In this document: positions 63,235-64,000 of the stretch, piece after piece | Layout: each line of letters opens with the position of its first letter | Position numbering within the stretch: the stretch's first letter is position 1 | Origin: a virus | Reading direction: 5' to 3' (one strand) | Length of the DNA stretch: 64,000 nt | Virus record (IMG/VR): IMGVR_UViG_3300009095_000016 | Coordinates: 2,271-66,270 of that record | Made by a program: the position numbers and the translations under genes | Notes under the pieces: generated by a model | Database searches by the model: none | Told to the model about the DNA's origin: nothing | The model's input: the letters and a program-made list of their open reading frames with translations, nothing else

Positions 63235-63627
63235 GTGGAATCGGAGCGAATCAAGTTCACGGGGGCGTTCGTGCGGGAGGTGACGGCCCGGGTCGAGCGG
63301 ATCACCGACGGCATGTTCAAGCTGGGGCCGGTCGGCTCGCACCCGGAGCACGGGACGTCGTACGCCGACGCGCGGGATCAGCTCACGTGGTACGGACCGC
63401 AGGGAGCCCGGCAGGCGTGCGCGTTCTACACGTCGGCCGCCATGCGGTACCTGTCCCTGATGGGCATCGAGTCCAACGGGGACGATGGCGAGTTCTTTCT
63501 GGCCGTTCAGGTGGCGTACTCCCGGTACGGCGCCACGGCCGCCGAGCGGGAGGACTACGGCCGATGGGAGCTGCGCGGCGCCGAGCGGGCGCAGGAGCTG
63601 ATCAACGCCGCCGAGGGCGACGCGTAA
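63235..63627 (+). CDS. hypothetical early protein
   Basis: CGGAAGGGAG RBS before GTG 63235. Confidence 0.6.
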   Translation: MESERIKFTGAFVREVTARVERITDGMFKLGPVGSHPEHGTSYADARDQLTWYGPQGARQACAFYTSAAMRYLSLMGIESNGDDGEFFLAVQVAYSRYGATAAEREDYGRWELRGAERAQELINAAEGDA

Positions 63628-63665
63628 GACCAACCCGCAGAATCACGACGGAAGAGGAGAAGGGC

Positions 63666-64000
63666 ATGACGGAGATCATCACGCTGGAGAACGGCAACCA
63701 GGTCGAGGCCGGATGCTGGCTGGGCGGGGCGGCCGGGTGGACGAACTCGTACCGCATCGTCGACATCGCCACGCACCACGGCATGGAGCTGGACGCCGAG
63801 GACGCGGCGGTCGTCGAGTGGTACCGCAACTCGGGAGAGTCGGACGCGGGCGCCTCGGACGACGAGCTGAACAAGCTGGAGGCGATGACCGGCCAGGGCG
63901 GCATCACGGACAAGGCGATCGAGTACCTGGGTGAACAGCTCCCCGAGGGCTGGGTGCTCAACGTCGACATGGGCGAGTACATCGTCATGCGGGACTGGGT
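63666..64000 (+). CDS. hypothetical protein, 3'-truncated
   Basis: CGGAAGAGGAG RBS; the frame is open to the window end. Confidence 0.6.
   Translation, partial: MTEIITLENGNQVEAGCWLGGAAGWTNSYRIVDIATHHGMELDAEDAAVVEWYRNSGESDAGASDDELNKLEAMTGQGGITDKAIEYLGEQLPEGWVLNVDMGEYIVMRDW

Noticed and set aside
63666-64000. Last ORF would run in frame into the first ORF if the window were circular
   Set aside because: This has a one-in-three chance by coincidence. The window is a fixed-length cut and lacks lysis genes, so it is probably not a whole genome.

Overview
The window is part of a high-GC actinobacteriophage genome. It is Streptomyces-like, with a long-tailed siphovirus layout, and no integrase, repressor cassette or endolysin was recognised. 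It starts and ends inside genes. From left to right: (i) 1-10.7 kb, a + strand replication/recombination module (glycosyltransferase, Cas4-like exonuclease, RecT-like annealase, putative SSB, primase-helicase, tandem-HTH protein, family A DNA polymerase, RuvC). (ii) 10.6-27.2 kb, - strand tail and head-tail genes. These include a tape measure gene split by a 1-nt frameshift, tail assembly chaperones with a candidate +1 slip site, and two glycosyltransferases among the head-tail genes. (iii) 27.3-34.7 kb, an oppositely oriented cassette of about 19 small genes inserted between the capsid and adaptor genes (paralogous wHTH pair, nucleotidyltransferase, orphan HicB-like gene). (iv) 35-43.4 kb, - strand head genes and a terminase with two inteins. 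(v) 43.5-50.7 kb, a mixed accessory region (methyltransferase, TerS-like HTH, protealysin-like M4 protease, ThyX, lipoprotein). (vi) 50.7-52.3 kb, a lower-GC non-coding repeat zone, possibly a terminus, pac site or origin. (vii) 52.3-53.4 kb, an ORF-poor tract of back-to-back stem-loops with GAAA tetraloops and G-U pairs, a candidate large structured ncRNA and the top finding. (viii) 53.4-64 kb, small early-type genes whose intergenic spaces repeatedly carry a conserved hairpin and an extended RBS motif. All family calls are by eye from motifs; no database searches were run.
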